A stretch of 64,000 bases of DNA from Trueperaceae bacterium (lineage in GTDB: Bacteria > Deinococcota > Deinococci > Deinococcales > Trueperaceae), in NCBI GenBank assembly GCA_034520945.1, contig JAXHNB010000006.1, positions 448,001-512,000 of the forward strand. Reading direction: 5' to 3'. Every line of letters starts with the position of its first letter. Within the stretch, counting starts at the first letter, position 1. This document shows, piece by piece, positions 37,901 to 46,968 of this stretch. Under the pieces are notes generated by a model. That model saw only the letters and a list, made by a program, of their open reading frames with translations, was not told the origin of the DNA and made no database searches. A program made the position numbers and the translations under genes.

Positions 37901-40309
37901 CATCGCTTCCGCATCGAGACCTCCATGGACGGCGAGACGTTCACCACCGTGCTCGAGGATCGATTGCAGGCCGCCCGCATCGAGCAGGCCTTCGCGTTCG
38001 ATCAGCCCGTCCGGGCCCGCTACGCCCGCCTCACCTTCCTGGACGCGCACGGCGACCGCACCGCGCGCCTGGGCGAGTGGAAGCTGGTGGCCGCGCCCGA
38101 ACGGGACGTTGGCCGCCTGGACCTGACGCGGCCCGAGCTGGGCGGTTCCGTGACCTGGTCGCGACCCATACTGCGCCATCCCGGCGAGCTGCTGCAGGAG
38201 GAGCCGCTGCGCGCGCGGAACATGGACATGCGGGACCACCAGGAACTCCGCTTCGTGGTGGGGTTCCACCACCAGCGCGCCGCCGCCCTCGACGAGATCG
38301 CATGGGTGGTGCCCCCCGAGGCGGAGGCCGAGGAGGTACCGCCCGAGGTGATCGTCGAGGTCAGCCCGTATGGGCCCACCGGCCCGTGGGAGGAAGTCGG
38401 ACGTTTGGCGCCGAGCTCGCCCGGCGAGACCGCCTCGCTGGCGTTGGATCCGCCGGCCTGGGCGCGCTACGTCCAGTTCCGCGTGCCCAAGATCGAGGAC
38501 GTGCGCAACCTCGCCCTGCCGGGAAAAATCCGTGCTTTCGAACGTCCGGTCGGTGACGACTACCGCTCGATCACCGGCGAGTGGGGACACTACCGCCGTG
38601 AAGCCGCGTTCGAATGGAGCCAACCGCAGAGCGCCGAAGCGGGGCCCGCCAGCGACGACGCGGGCGACACCATGGACGACGCCACACCGCTTCGGGGCGG
38701 TGCGTTCGCGGAGGGCTCCGTGCAGGTCGCCGAGGACGTCGACTGGTACCGCCTGGAGCTCGGCGCTGAAGAAAACGCGGTCGAGATCCGCCTGCGTGGC
38801 GACCCCACCATCGCCTTCGAGTACGAACTGATGGACGCCGCGGGCGAGACGGTCTACTACGACCTGCGCGAGGAAGGGCTCGACACGGTCCTGACCGCCT
38901 TCGCCGACCCCGGCAGCGAACTGTTCCTGCGGCTGCAGGAGCCGAAGCGCTCGGTGGTGTTCTCGTGGGACACCAGCGGCAGTGTCAGCCCCTACCTGCC
39001 GATCACCTACAACTCGTTGGCCGGCTTCGCCCGCGACGTCGACCCCAGCCGCGAGTTCGTGCAGTTGCTGGCCTTCGACAATCCCGAGCCGATCTGGTTG
39101 CTGCCGTACTGGTCCAGCGACCGCGAGCGCGTGCAGCGCGGCATCCAGACCTTCGACCGCGATGCTGACTCCTCGAACGCCGAGCAGGCGCTGCTGTGGG
39201 CGGCGCGGGCACTGGAGGACCGCGAAGGCACCAAGGCGGTCCTGTTCATGACCGACGCGGAATCGACCGGCTACCGCCTGACGGGCGAGCTGTGGGAGGC
39301 GCTGGAGGCGGCCGACCCGCGCGTGTTCACCTTCGAGATCTCCACCTCCGGTTCGGACTACTCGCAGGACCTGATGCAGTCCTGGGCCAGCGTGAACCAG
39401 GGCTACTACGACTACGCCCGCAACGTGGCCGACTTCGAGGTCGGCTTCTCTCGCGCCTCCTGCATTCTGCGGCGCGCCAAGCGCTACGAGGTGGAGGTCG
39501 CCACCCGCTTCCAGGAGCCGCCCGGCCCCGGTGCATTGAGCGTCGCGCGCGGCGGGCAGGCCGACCTGCCAGGGATCGAGGTCATCTTCGACGCCTCCGG
39601 CTCCATGGGCGCCCCGCTGCCCAGTGGCGAATCCAAGATCGACGTCGGTAAGCGCGTGCTGCGCGACCTGGTCGGTGAGATCCTGCCGGAGGGTACCCCC
39701 TTCGCGCTGCGGGCGTTCGGGCACATCACGCCGCAGTCGTGCGAGTCGCGGCTGGACGTCCCGCTAGGTCCCCTGGACCGCGAGGCCGCTTTGAGCGCCA
39801 TCGACGAGATCCAACCGAAACTGTTGTCGCAGACGCCGATCGCCGACGCGCTGTCGCAGGTCGGCAGCGACCTCGCCGATGCCGGCGCCGGCCGCTCGGT
39901 CATCCTCATCACCGACGGCGAGGAGTCCTGCGGCGGCGACCCCGAGGCAGCCCTGGCCGAACTGCGCGACGCGGGCGTCGACGTGCAACTCTCCATCGTC
40001 AGCCTCGGCATCGACGAGGAGGAGGTCCGCACCAGCTTCGCCGAGCTGGCCCAGTCCGCGGGCGGCAGCTACGCCCCCGCCGACGACCTGGACAGCCTGC
40101 GAGGCGCCGTCACCGAAGCGCTGAACCCGCCCTACGAGGTGCTGGACGCCAGCGGCGAGGTGGTGGCCCAGGGCAGGATCGACGGCAAGGCGATCGAGGT
40201 GCCGATGGGCGTCTACACCGTGCGCGTGCCCGGCTCGCCGCCGCAGTTGATCCGCGACGTGCGCGTGCCGGGCGACGGCAGCCGGACGGTGACCCTGCCG
40301 AGCCCCTGA
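34940..40309 (+). CDS. Large secreted protein with repeated EPND beta modules, discoidin-like modules and two VWA domains
   Basis: Signal peptide; five EPND motifs; MIDAS motifs DTSGS and DASGS with MTDAE and ITDGE. Confidence 0.85.
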   Translation: MSMTTDRTRTARPHARPRTWLTLLALCALATWQMGWAQDCRVEAEPNDAPAAANAIGDQRCFVGELDGDDQDAFVWDVSEQDAGTFWVVEIEGIRNQLTRIDLLDIAFAEDGEGVTEANELWTFATPDGRPNASAPLLLPPGPLYMGISKSGGSGSYVVTLRPQRTLDRDHDALRHGLEVDGAFAVHGGVPGEDAGESEPTELAWTLDEDDASYLWDVHADVSIGDALDLEIVGPDGTLLDTALAPGGTRRTNLGVEAGTYQVRVHGEAGMMALSLVRGGRVTSGREVEPNDGFDQANLLPLGEPVEGELEGDDVFTFTVPQDAEERAYDLVIDIDAEADVSLHDEERTLQERRGAGGRLRDLVLEPGRYYVWLDGGGNAPYRLQLEQTELPGAGSEREPNDVLAAASPMADDLTARGTLHSQDVDVYRFEVGGEPQLWRVQTVGEGVGRLTIYNEGGIQQRSLDGERRLRLDDVRLLPGTTYLEVSRAEGDYALRALALGPAPEPEPEEMPEEDAELESAPARDAADDEEAPDDADAAAAVSEEDLDDTPLPSPPPGRLEVEPNDDTSRSERLRAGEVRVGTHGHDRDDDLYRFFLANDQYVRIEAVPPEGGQVRFDVGSKRAAPVREGGPAVFEGWLRAGDHFVETWSDTQVRGYYQLRLRLLDPIAVPVDQEPNDDPEQAAQVPASLTWQGTVGATAGNDYYRLPRFDQPAEMRIEGNVPEGVNLDVSTDDGRQGVDLNEEDGGRVSLPADGEATLRVRGTGSYRLSLSFDPPAPRSQLRDDPGTGAAELTFAEPAREVAAYWHEGQRVESDLTVRNTTDEEVAFRLEAHASDAAAEVDVPAEVAVPAGASADVPVAVQLPVDRRDDQPIQVSVATHGAGSVDAATLRLHPRCEAPPVGSAPHWRVPDPLLGGLNMLSPGFGAVPQVEDPGDVAALFDGRTAPSTGVRRAPDAPITVALAGDEPVELLGTLLHPQTRGGVSEQLHRFRIETSMDGETFTTVLEDRLQAARIEQAFAFDQPVRARYARLTFLDAHGDRTARLGEWKLVAAPERDVGRLDLTRPELGGSVTWSRPILRHPGELLQEEPLRARNMDMRDHQELRFVVGFHHQRAAALDEIAWVVPPEAEAEEVPPEVIVEVSPYGPTGPWEEVGRLAPSSPGETASLALDPPAWARYVQFRVPKIEDVRNLALPGKIRAFERPVGDDYRSITGEWGHYRREAAFEWSQPQSAEAGPASDDAGDTMDDATPLRGGAFAEGSVQVAEDVDWYRLELGAEENAVEIRLRGDPTIAFEYELMDAAGETVYYDLREEGLDTVLTAFADPGSELFLRLQEPKRSVVFSWDTSGSVSPYLPITYNSLAGFARDVDPSREFVQLLAFDNPEPIWLLPYWSSDRERVQRGIQTFDRDADSSNAEQALLWAARALEDREGTKAVLFMTDAESTGYRLTGELWEALEAADPRVFTFEISTSGSDYSQDLMQSWASVNQGYYDYARNVADFEVGFSRASCILRRAKRYEVEVATRFQEPPGPGALSVARGGQADLPGIEVIFDASGSMGAPLPSGESKIDVGKRVLRDLVGEILPEGTPFALRAFGHITPQSCESRLDVPLGPLDREAALSAIDEIQPKLLSQTPIADALSQVGSDLADAGAGRSVILITDGEESCGGDPEAALAELRDAGVDVQLSIVSLGIDEEEVRTSFAELAQSAGGSYAPADDLDSLRGAVTEALNPPYEVLDASGEVVAQGRIDGKAIEVPMGVYTVRVPGSPPQLIRDVRVPGDGSRTVTLPSP

Positions 40310-40343
40310 GCGGCTGGAACGTCCGGCCGTGAACGGCACGAGC

Positions 40344-40370
40344 AGCGGCGCCCCGACTCGGGGCGCCGCT
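40344..40370. terminator. 12-bp stem-loop between convergent genes
   Basis: AGCGGCGCCCCG-ACT-CGGGGCGCCGCT. Confidence 0.65.
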
Positions 40371-40447
40371 TCCTGTGTCGTTTCGGATGTCGGTTTCGCG
40401 TCGCGTCGACCCGACGGCTCAGCAGGGGATGGGCATCGCCCGGCGGC

Positions 40448-41083
40448 TCAGAAGGTGGTGCGGATCGCCGCGACGACCTCGCGCACGGCCTGCGCCGAGG
40501 CGTCGGCCAGCAACGGACCGACCGTGGGATCGTTGTACGAGATGCGTCCCGCAGGGATGCGGTTCACCGCGATGTTGGGGTCGCTGGCGGTGCCGATCCC
40601 GGTCAGCGACACGACCACCTCGCCCGTGATGATGTCGGTGGCGCGCACGTCGACCTCGACCTGAGCCCGGGTTTCGCCCAGCGACAGGCCGAACGCGGTC
40701 ACGCCCGGCTCGGCGATGGTGGCGCGCGTGACGGTGCCCGTCACCACGTACCCGGCGCCCGCGGCCTCCGCCAGCGCTTCGGGTTCCATCGACTCCAGGC
40801 CCTGCTGCGCCATCACGTTCTGCAGTTCGCTACGCTCCAGGATGACGTAGCAGTCGCTCTCCTTCATCAGCGTGATCAGGCGGGCGGTGGCGGCCTCCTC
40901 GACCCCGGTGACGGTGGTGCCGTGACGGCCGGTGGTGTTCTCGAACTCGATCACGGCGACGCGGGGCGGCTCGTCGCTCTGGCACTCCAGCGACGACAGG
41001 TCGACCTCCGCTTCGGTGGTCGGTGCACACGCGGCCAGCAGCGAAAGGCTCAGCACGAGGGCCAACGGTAGGGCTCGGTTCAT
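40448..41083 (-). CDS. CsgG/HfaB family lipoprotein
   Basis: Lipobox LAAC; RVAVIEFEN, ILERSELQNVMAQQ, VDVRATDIITGEVV; AGGAGG RBS. Confidence 0.8.
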   Translation of the reverse strand: MNRALPLALVLSLSLLAACAPTTEAEVDLSSLECQSDEPPRVAVIEFENTTGRHGTTVTGVEEAATARLITLMKESDCYVILERSELQNVMAQQGLESMEPEALAEAAGAGYVVTGTVTRATIAEPGVTAFGLSLGETRAQVEVDVRATDIITGEVVVSLTGIGTASDPNIAVNRIPAGRISYNDPTVGPLLADASAQAVREVVAAIRTTF

Positions 41084-41221
41084 GGTTCCTCCTGTGATGC
41101 ACGCGAAGTGTAGGGCCGGACGGGCCTCGGTTGCACGCGATCGCCTCATCCTACGGCGCGGGGCGTGCCGTGTGCCGCGGGATCCATCACGGCCGCCGGT
41201 TCCTGAGCGGCCGCCGCGCGT

Positions 41222-42514
41222 TCAGGGCTGCAGCCGGCTGCCGTCCCGCGGGAACGCCCGCGCGAAGCGCACGTTGGGAATCCCCAGCAACAGCGCGGTC
41301 AGGCGTTCCGCGCCGATGGCGAACCCGCCGTGGGGCGGCATGCCGTGCCGGAACACCTCGAGGTACCCCTCGAAGCGGCGCGGGTCCATGCCGCGCTTCT
41401 CGAGCTCCCGCACCAGCACGTCGTGCTCGTGCACGCGCTGCCCGCCGGAGGTGATCTCGACGCCGCGGAACAACAGGTCCACGCCGCGCGTCAATCCGTC
41501 GCCCGTCGGCTGCGTATAGAACGGCCGGGCCGCCTCCGGGTAGCGCGTCACGAACACGAAATCGCTGCCGTGCTCCTCCTTGGCCCACCGTCCCAGCAAC
41601 CGCTCGCCCTCGGGGTCGAGGTCCTTGCCGCCCGGCGCGTGGCCGTAGCGCTCCTCGACCAGGGCGCGCGCGTCCAGCAGCGGGATGCGGGGGAACGCCA
41701 CGCTGGTGTCCGGCACGGTCGCCTCGAGGCGGCGCAACAGCTCGCCGCAGCGCTCCCGCACGCGTGCCATGATCGCGCCGAGCAGCGCCTCCTGGAGGTC
41801 CATCACCTCGTCCTCGTCGCGGATGAAGCCGAACTCGACGTCCAGGCTGAGGTACTCGGCGAGGTGCCGGGTGGTGTGCGACGCCTCCGCCCGCCACACC
41901 GGCGCGGTCTCGTACACGCGCTCGTGCACCGCCACCATGATCTGCTTGTACAGCTGCGGCGACTGCGCCAGGAAGGCGCGCCGTCCGTAGTAGTCCACCT
42001 CGAACATGTCCGCGCCGCCCTCGGCGCCGGCCGCGACCAGCTTCGGGGTGAAGATCTCGGTGAAGTCCCGTGCGTCCAAGAAGGCCCGGAAGGCCGAGAC
42101 CAGCTGGGCCTGAACCGAGAGCATCGCCTGCGTCTCGGGCGCCCGCACGGTGACGTACCGGTACGCCAGCAGCGTCTCCGGATTGGCGTGCCAGCGTTCC
42201 TTGGGGATCTCGACCGGCGGGGGCGCGGTCGCTTCGCTCAGCACGGTCAGGGCGTCCGCTTGCACCTCGAACCCGCCCGGCGCCTTGTCGGACGCCACCA
42301 CCGTGCCGCCGACCTGCACGCACGACTCCGGCAACGGCACCGGCGTACCGTGCAGCACGCACTGCGCCACGCCGCTGCGATCGCGCAGCAGCAGGAACTG
42401 CACGCCGCCCAGGTCCCGCCGCGCGTGCACCCAGCCGCGCAGCGTCACGCGCGCGCCCAACTGCTCTTCCAGGGCGTGCGCGAGGGTTCGTTCGGCTTCG
42501 CTCGTCTCGCTCAT
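41222..42514 (-). CDS. aspS: Non-discriminating aspartate--tRNA(Asp/Asn) ligase (archaeal-type)
   Basis: GWVHARRDLGG, KAPGG, LAQSPQLYKQ, EITSGGQR, GMPPHGGFAIGAERL; short form without GAD domain. Confidence 0.93.
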   Translation of the reverse strand: MSETSEAERTLAHALEEQLGARVTLRGWVHARRDLGGVQFLLLRDRSGVAQCVLHGTPVPLPESCVQVGGTVVASDKAPGGFEVQADALTVLSEATAPPPVEIPKERWHANPETLLAYRYVTVRAPETQAMLSVQAQLVSAFRAFLDARDFTEIFTPKLVAAGAEGGADMFEVDYYGRRAFLAQSPQLYKQIMVAVHERVYETAPVWRAEASHTTRHLAEYLSLDVEFGFIRDEDEVMDLQEALLGAIMARVRERCGELLRRLEATVPDTSVAFPRIPLLDARALVEERYGHAPGGKDLDPEGERLLGRWAKEEHGSDFVFVTRYPEAARPFYTQPTGDGLTRGVDLLFRGVEITSGGQRVHEHDVLVRELEKRGMDPRRFEGYLEVFRHGMPPHGGFAIGAERLTALLLGIPNVRFARAFPRDGSRLQP

Positions 42515-42690
42515 CGGTCCCAACCTTCCCAGAGGCGCATCAGCAGAACCCCCGAGGCCGCGCCCCGGGGGTTCCACGCGCGCAGATGTCGGCGCCCTAC
42601 GCCCCGAGGCCGTCTCCGCTCGAATTGTCGTCCCGCGCGGGCGCGGCGACGCCGGCATGGGCCGGGCTCGGGGCGAACATGCGCTGCAGC

Positions 42691-43164
42691 CTACTCCTGC
42701 CCGGCGTCGGGTGTCAAAGGTTCGGCGCCGGCCAGCTTCGGCGGTGGGGCGTCGAGGGCCGTGCGGACGGCCTCCCCCAGGGCCTGGAGGGGGCTTCGCG
42801 CCAGGAACGCGTCGGCGTCCAACCAGGCGTGCCTGTCGTGCTCCTCGCTGAGGCGCAGACGCCCGCCGACCGGCACGGCGCGGTACACCACCACCAACAT
42901 CGGCTCGCCGGCCCGGTCGGCCACGTACGCGGTCCATGGGCGGCCCTCGACGGCGATCTCCATGCCCGTCTCCTCCCACGCTTCGCGCCTGGCGGCCTGC
43001 CAGGGCTGCTCGTTCGGTTCGATCCGGCCGGACAGCGCCTCCCACACGCCGGGCGCCGCATCCTTCCAGGCCGCGCGGCGCAGCGCCAGCACCTGGCCGT
43101 CCCGGATCACCAGGACGGCCACGGCGGCGACGTGATGGGCGTGCACCGGCTCGTGCACGCCCAT
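42691..43164 (-). CDS. NUDIX hydrolase
   Basis: Nudix box GRIEPNEQPWQAARREAWEETG; LSEEHDRHAW. Confidence 0.88.
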   Translation of the reverse strand: MGVHEPVHAHHVAAVAVLVIRDGQVLALRRAAWKDAAPGVWEALSGRIEPNEQPWQAARREAWEETGMEIAVEGRPWTAYVADRAGEPMLVVVYRAVPVGGRLRLSEEHDRHAWLDADAFLARSPLQALGEAVRTALDAPPPKLAGAEPLTPDAGQE

Positions 43165-43179
43165 CCGGGGCGGATGCGC

Positions 43180-44724
43180 TCAGCGCTGCGGCGCGGGCGT
43201 GAACTCGCCCGTCTCCACGTCGACGGAGCCGATGGGGCGGAGCAGGATCTCCGCCGCGGCGAGGTTGCGACCCTCACCACGCGTGGCCTGTGAAGCCAGC
43301 GCCATGTCGTACGGCTCCGCCTGCGAGCGGTCCACCTCGAGCCCGATGTCCTCGAGCGACGCGATGCTCATCTCGCTGAGAGGGTTGTGCTGACCTTCGT
43401 TCAGGTAGCCGGTCATGAGCTCGTTGCCGAAGGTGTCGTCGTCCCAGTGGCCGCAGCGGGTGCCCAGCCGGCCGTCCGCCTCGACGGGGATGTCGCCGCT
43501 CTCGCCCAGGTCGTGGTACGCGCTGACGCCCATGGCACCGGTGTAGACGGGCAACTGGGTGAACGAGTCGACCGTCTCGCAGGTCTCGCCGGCGCTGGGC
43601 TCGTAGTCCAGCAGGGCGAACGGTCCGAACTCCCAGTTGGTGCCGAAGCCGAGCACGTGGCCGATCTCGTGCACCAGGGTCTCGCGCAGGTCGCCGTCGT
43701 CCTCGAGGTCGGCCAGGTACGAGGTGTTGAGCTCCATGTAGCCGACGAAGTTGGTGCCGTCGTCCGGTCCGCTGGTACGGGTCAGGCACGGCCCGGCCAG
43801 ACCAATCGTATTGGAGCTCGGGTTGGTGAAGGTGGTGACGAAGATCAGGAGGTCGTCGATGGTCCCGTCGAAGGCGGGCTCACCCTGTTCGCAGGACTCG
43901 CCGGTTGCGGCGTCGTGCGCGATGTCCTGAAGATCGCCGGTCACGATGGACTCCCAGCGTGCCACGGCATCCTCGAAGGCGGCTCGCTGCGAGGCCGAGA
44001 AGTCGCTATCGAACATTCGCAACTCGATCTGGAAATCTCCGCTGCTCGGTGGCGGCTCGTAGGTGATCGTGACATCATGCGTAGCTGGCTTGCCCGCTGC
44101 GTCCTCGGCGGTGATCGTCAGGTCGTTGTCGCCGGTCTGGAGAAACACGTCGGGACAGATGAAGCTACCGCCGCTTACCGTGCAGGTGTACGTGCTGGCC
44201 TCGGTGTGGTTCTCCAACGCGACGCTGGCGACGGTACCGTCGTCGCTGACGTCGCCGGTCACATCGATCGGCTGGTCGGCCAGGGTAGCGCCGTCTTGGG
44301 GGGTCACATTGCTGAGCGTCGGGGCGCCCGAACCGCCGCCTGCTTCGCGGGTGACGCTGATCGGCACGGTCCGCTGGTTTCCGTCCCCGTCGCGGACGAC
44401 GACGTCGATCAGGTTGACGCCCTCGACCAGCTCGACGTCCGAACAGGTGAACGAGTTGCCGCTGACGGCACAGAACGCGCCGAACCCATTGGCGCCGTTC
44501 GCGACGGTGACGTCTCCGATGCCGTCCTGGTCGGTGGCGGTGCCTTCGATGTCGATCGGCGACGTGCTCACCGTGGTGCTACCGGCGGGGCTGGTGAGGG
44601 TGACCTCGGGCGGGCCGTCGTCGGGCTCGGGCCCCGGCCCGGTCACGACGTTCACTTCCTGACACCCGACGGCCAACGCCAGCAGCGCCCCGCAGGCGAT
44701 CGCAGCGCGCAGCGACCGACGCAT
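43180..44724 (-). CDS. Lipoprotein zinc metalloprotease (leishmanolysin/M8-like) with two Ig-like repeats
   Basis: Lipobox AVGC; two repeats of the GTATD...V.V.N...F....V.L..G.N type; HEIGHVLG, GHW, ELMTG. Confidence 0.82.
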   Translation of the reverse strand: MRRSLRAAIACGALLALAVGCQEVNVVTGPGPEPDDGPPEVTLTSPAGSTTVSTSPIDIEGTATDQDGIGDVTVANGANGFGAFCAVSGNSFTCSDVELVEGVNLIDVVVRDGDGNQRTVPISVTREAGGGSGAPTLSNVTPQDGATLADQPIDVTGDVSDDGTVASVALENHTEASTYTCTVSGGSFICPDVFLQTGDNDLTITAEDAAGKPATHDVTITYEPPPSSGDFQIELRMFDSDFSASQRAAFEDAVARWESIVTGDLQDIAHDAATGESCEQGEPAFDGTIDDLLIFVTTFTNPSSNTIGLAGPCLTRTSGPDDGTNFVGYMELNTSYLADLEDDGDLRETLVHEIGHVLGFGTNWEFGPFALLDYEPSAGETCETVDSFTQLPVYTGAMGVSAYHDLGESGDIPVEADGRLGTRCGHWDDDTFGNELMTGYLNEGQHNPLSEMSIASLEDIGLEVDRSQAEPYDMALASQATRGEGRNLAAAEILLRPIGSVDVETGEFTPAPQR

Positions 44725-44880
44725 GTACCTGCGTGGGAGAGACGCGTGCATGTTCATGCGGGCCGACGCTAGCACGCGGAATCGGGGCCAGCCTCCCGTC
44801 GGTGAAGCAGGCTTCACGTACGCTGTGCCCCGGGGCGTAGATGCCTCCCAGAGCGCCGTACCCGACGGGCCTGGTGCGCT

Positions 44881-45285
44881 TCAGGGATCGCTCTGGCCGC
44901 CCTCATCATCGTCACGCGCCCCCTCGCGGTCCCGTTCCCGCGCCAGCGCCCGCATGGCCGTCAGCGCCCGCGGGAAGCCGGCGAACATGGCGGCGTGCAG
45001 GATCGTCTCCTTCGCTTCGTCGTAGCTGCCGCCGTTGCGGAGCAGGGCGCGGACGTGCGTGCGGATCTCGTCCTCGTGGCCGACGTGCATCAGGTGCGCG
45101 ATCGCCAGCAGCGAGCGCGTGCGGTGGTCCAGGCCGGGCCGGGCGAAGACGCGGCCGTAGGCAATGTTCAGGATCAGGTCGGCGAGGTCGGGGTCGACCT
45201 CGCGCAGGGCGGCCTCGATGCGGGCGGCGTCCTCGCCCCACAGGGCGCGGGCGGGGTGGTCGTCGCCCCGGTCGCCCGCGCTCAT
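44881..45285 (-). CDS. Carboxymuconolactone decarboxylase family protein
   Basis: AYGRVFARPGLDHRTRSLL, HVRALLRNG, AGFPRA; ATGA overlap with thiN. Confidence 0.88.
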   Translation of the reverse strand: MSAGDRGDDHPARALWGEDAARIEAALREVDPDLADLILNIAYGRVFARPGLDHRTRSLLAIAHLMHVGHEDEIRTHVRALLRNGGSYDEAKETILHAAMFAGFPRALTAMRALARERDREGARDDDEGGQSDP

Positions 45286-45914
45286 TCGTGCCACTCCACG
45301 ATCAGCAGGACCTGGCCGGCGTGCACGCGGACGCGCGGCCCGCCGCGGGCTTGGTTCGACAGGCCGAGGCCGACCCCTGGGGGCAGCTCGCTGCGGGTCA
45401 GGTCGTACGTTGCCCCGCTCACGTCCAGGGTGGCGGGGGCGCCGACGGCCAGCAGGCTGAACACCGTGCCGTCCGGCAGGGCCTCGTCGAACAGGTCGCC
45501 GGGCCCCAGCGGGTGGGCGTCGTGACGGCCGTCCAGCAGCGCGACGCGGAGGCCCTCGGCGGCGTAGCGCAATGCCACCAGCGCCGCGGCGACGCTCTGG
45601 TCCAAGCGACCCCCGAACGCGCCGACCACCCGCACTTCGTGCGCGCCGCGGGCCCAGGCCGCGTCGATCGCCAGTTCCAGGTCCAACGCGTCCTTGTCGG
45701 TCGGAAAGCGCTCTTGCGGGAGGTCCGGCCACCGGTCCAGGTCTGTGGCCTGGACCGAGTCCAGGTCGCCGACCAGCAGGTCGGGGGTGAGGCCGAGCGC
45801 CTCGGCGTGCCGCAGGCCGCCGTCGGCGGCGACGATCATGTCGGCGCCGGCCAGGCGCTCGTGGAGGCGTGCGTCTGCGTGCACCGATCCGCCCGCCAGC
45901 ACCAGGGCGATCAC
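45282..45914 (-). CDS. thiN: Thiamine diphosphokinase
   Basis: VAADGG, VGDLDS, DKDALDLELA, GAFGGRLDQ, LGLSN. Confidence 0.92.
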   Translation of the reverse strand: MIALVLAGGSVHADARLHERLAGADMIVAADGGLRHAEALGLTPDLLVGDLDSVQATDLDRWPDLPQERFPTDKDALDLELAIDAAWARGAHEVRVVGAFGGRLDQSVAAALVALRYAAEGLRVALLDGRHDAHPLGPGDLFDEALPDGTVFSLLAVGAPATLDVSGATYDLTRSELPPGVGLGLSNQARGGPRVRVHAGQVLLIVEWHE

Positions 45915-46915
45915 GCGCGTACCTCCAGCACCGTCCACGCGTCGTCCGGCACCCGCAGGTGCAGGGTGTCGCCCACCTGGGGCGGGCCGGACGCCAACTC
46001 GCGCGGGCGGGCGTGCCAGGTGAGCTGCACGCCCCACTCGGGGGAGGCCAGCTGCAGCGCCAGGTCGGTGCCGACCCGCTGGACGCGGCGCACCTCGAAG
46101 GGATGTCCGTCCGGGTGGGGCGTCAATCGTTCGGTGCGCAGCAGGACGGGTCCGGGGAAGCCGAGCGTGCGGGCCGTCGTTTCGGGCAGCAGTTCGCGCA
46201 GGCCCAGGAAGCGGGCCACCCAGGCGTTGCGGGGCTGCTCGACCAGCTCGTCCGGGGTGCCCTCCTGCGCGATGCGTCCCTCGCGCATCACCGCCACGCG
46301 GTCCGCCAGCGCGAACGCCTCGGTTTGGTCGTGCGTGACGTGGATCGCGCGGACGTCCAGCTGGGCCAGCAGGGTGGCCAGCTCCTCGCCGAGCTCGTCG
46401 CGGAGGGTCCGGTCGAGGTTCGACAGCGGCTCGTCCAACAGCAACAGCGACGGCCGGGGTGCCAGGGCGCGGGCCAGCGCGACGCGCTGCTGCTGCCCGC
46501 CGGACAGCTCGTGCGGGCGCCGGGCGGCCAGCTCCGGCATGCCCATCGAGGACAGAAGCTCCTGCACGCGCGCCTGCTGGTCGGACTTCGGCCAACCGCG
46601 CTCCACCAGGCCGAAGGCGACGTTGGTCGCGACGTCCATGTGCGGGAACAGCGCGTAGTCCTGGAACACCATCCCCACCCCCCGCCGCTGCGGCGGCACG
46701 CGCCGCAGGTCCGCGCCGTCCAGGCGCACCGCGCCATGATCCGGCGGTTCCAGCCCCGCGACCAGGCGCAGCAGTGTCGACTTGCCGCACCCTGAGGGGC
46801 CCAGCAGCGCCACCGTCGCTCCTTCCGGCACCGTCAGATTCACGCCGTTCACGGCGCGCACGGCGCCGTAGCGTCGCGACAGGTCGTCCAGTTCGAGGGC
46901 CACGGGCGGCATCAT
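45911..46915 (-). CDS. thiQ: ABC transporter ATP-binding protein (thiamine uptake)
   Basis: GPSGCGKS, LSGGQQQR, LLLDEP; operon context. Confidence 0.85.
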   Translation of the reverse strand: MMPPVALELDDLSRRYGAVRAVNGVNLTVPEGATVALLGPSGCGKSTLLRLVAGLEPPDHGAVRLDGADLRRVPPQRRGVGMVFQDYALFPHMDVATNVAFGLVERGWPKSDQQARVQELLSSMGMPELAARRPHELSGGQQQRVALARALAPRPSLLLLDEPLSNLDRTLRDELGEELATLLAQLDVRAIHVTHDQTEAFALADRVAVMREGRIAQEGTPDELVEQPRNAWVARFLGLRELLPETTARTLGFPGPVLLRTERLTPHPDGHPFEVRRVQRVGTDLALQLASPEWGVQLTWHARPRELASGPPQVGDTLHLRVPDDAWTVLEVRA

Positions 46916-46968
46916 ACCCGCGGCCCAGCGGGCCGGATCCGGCGTTTTGGGGCGGCTGGAAACGACGT

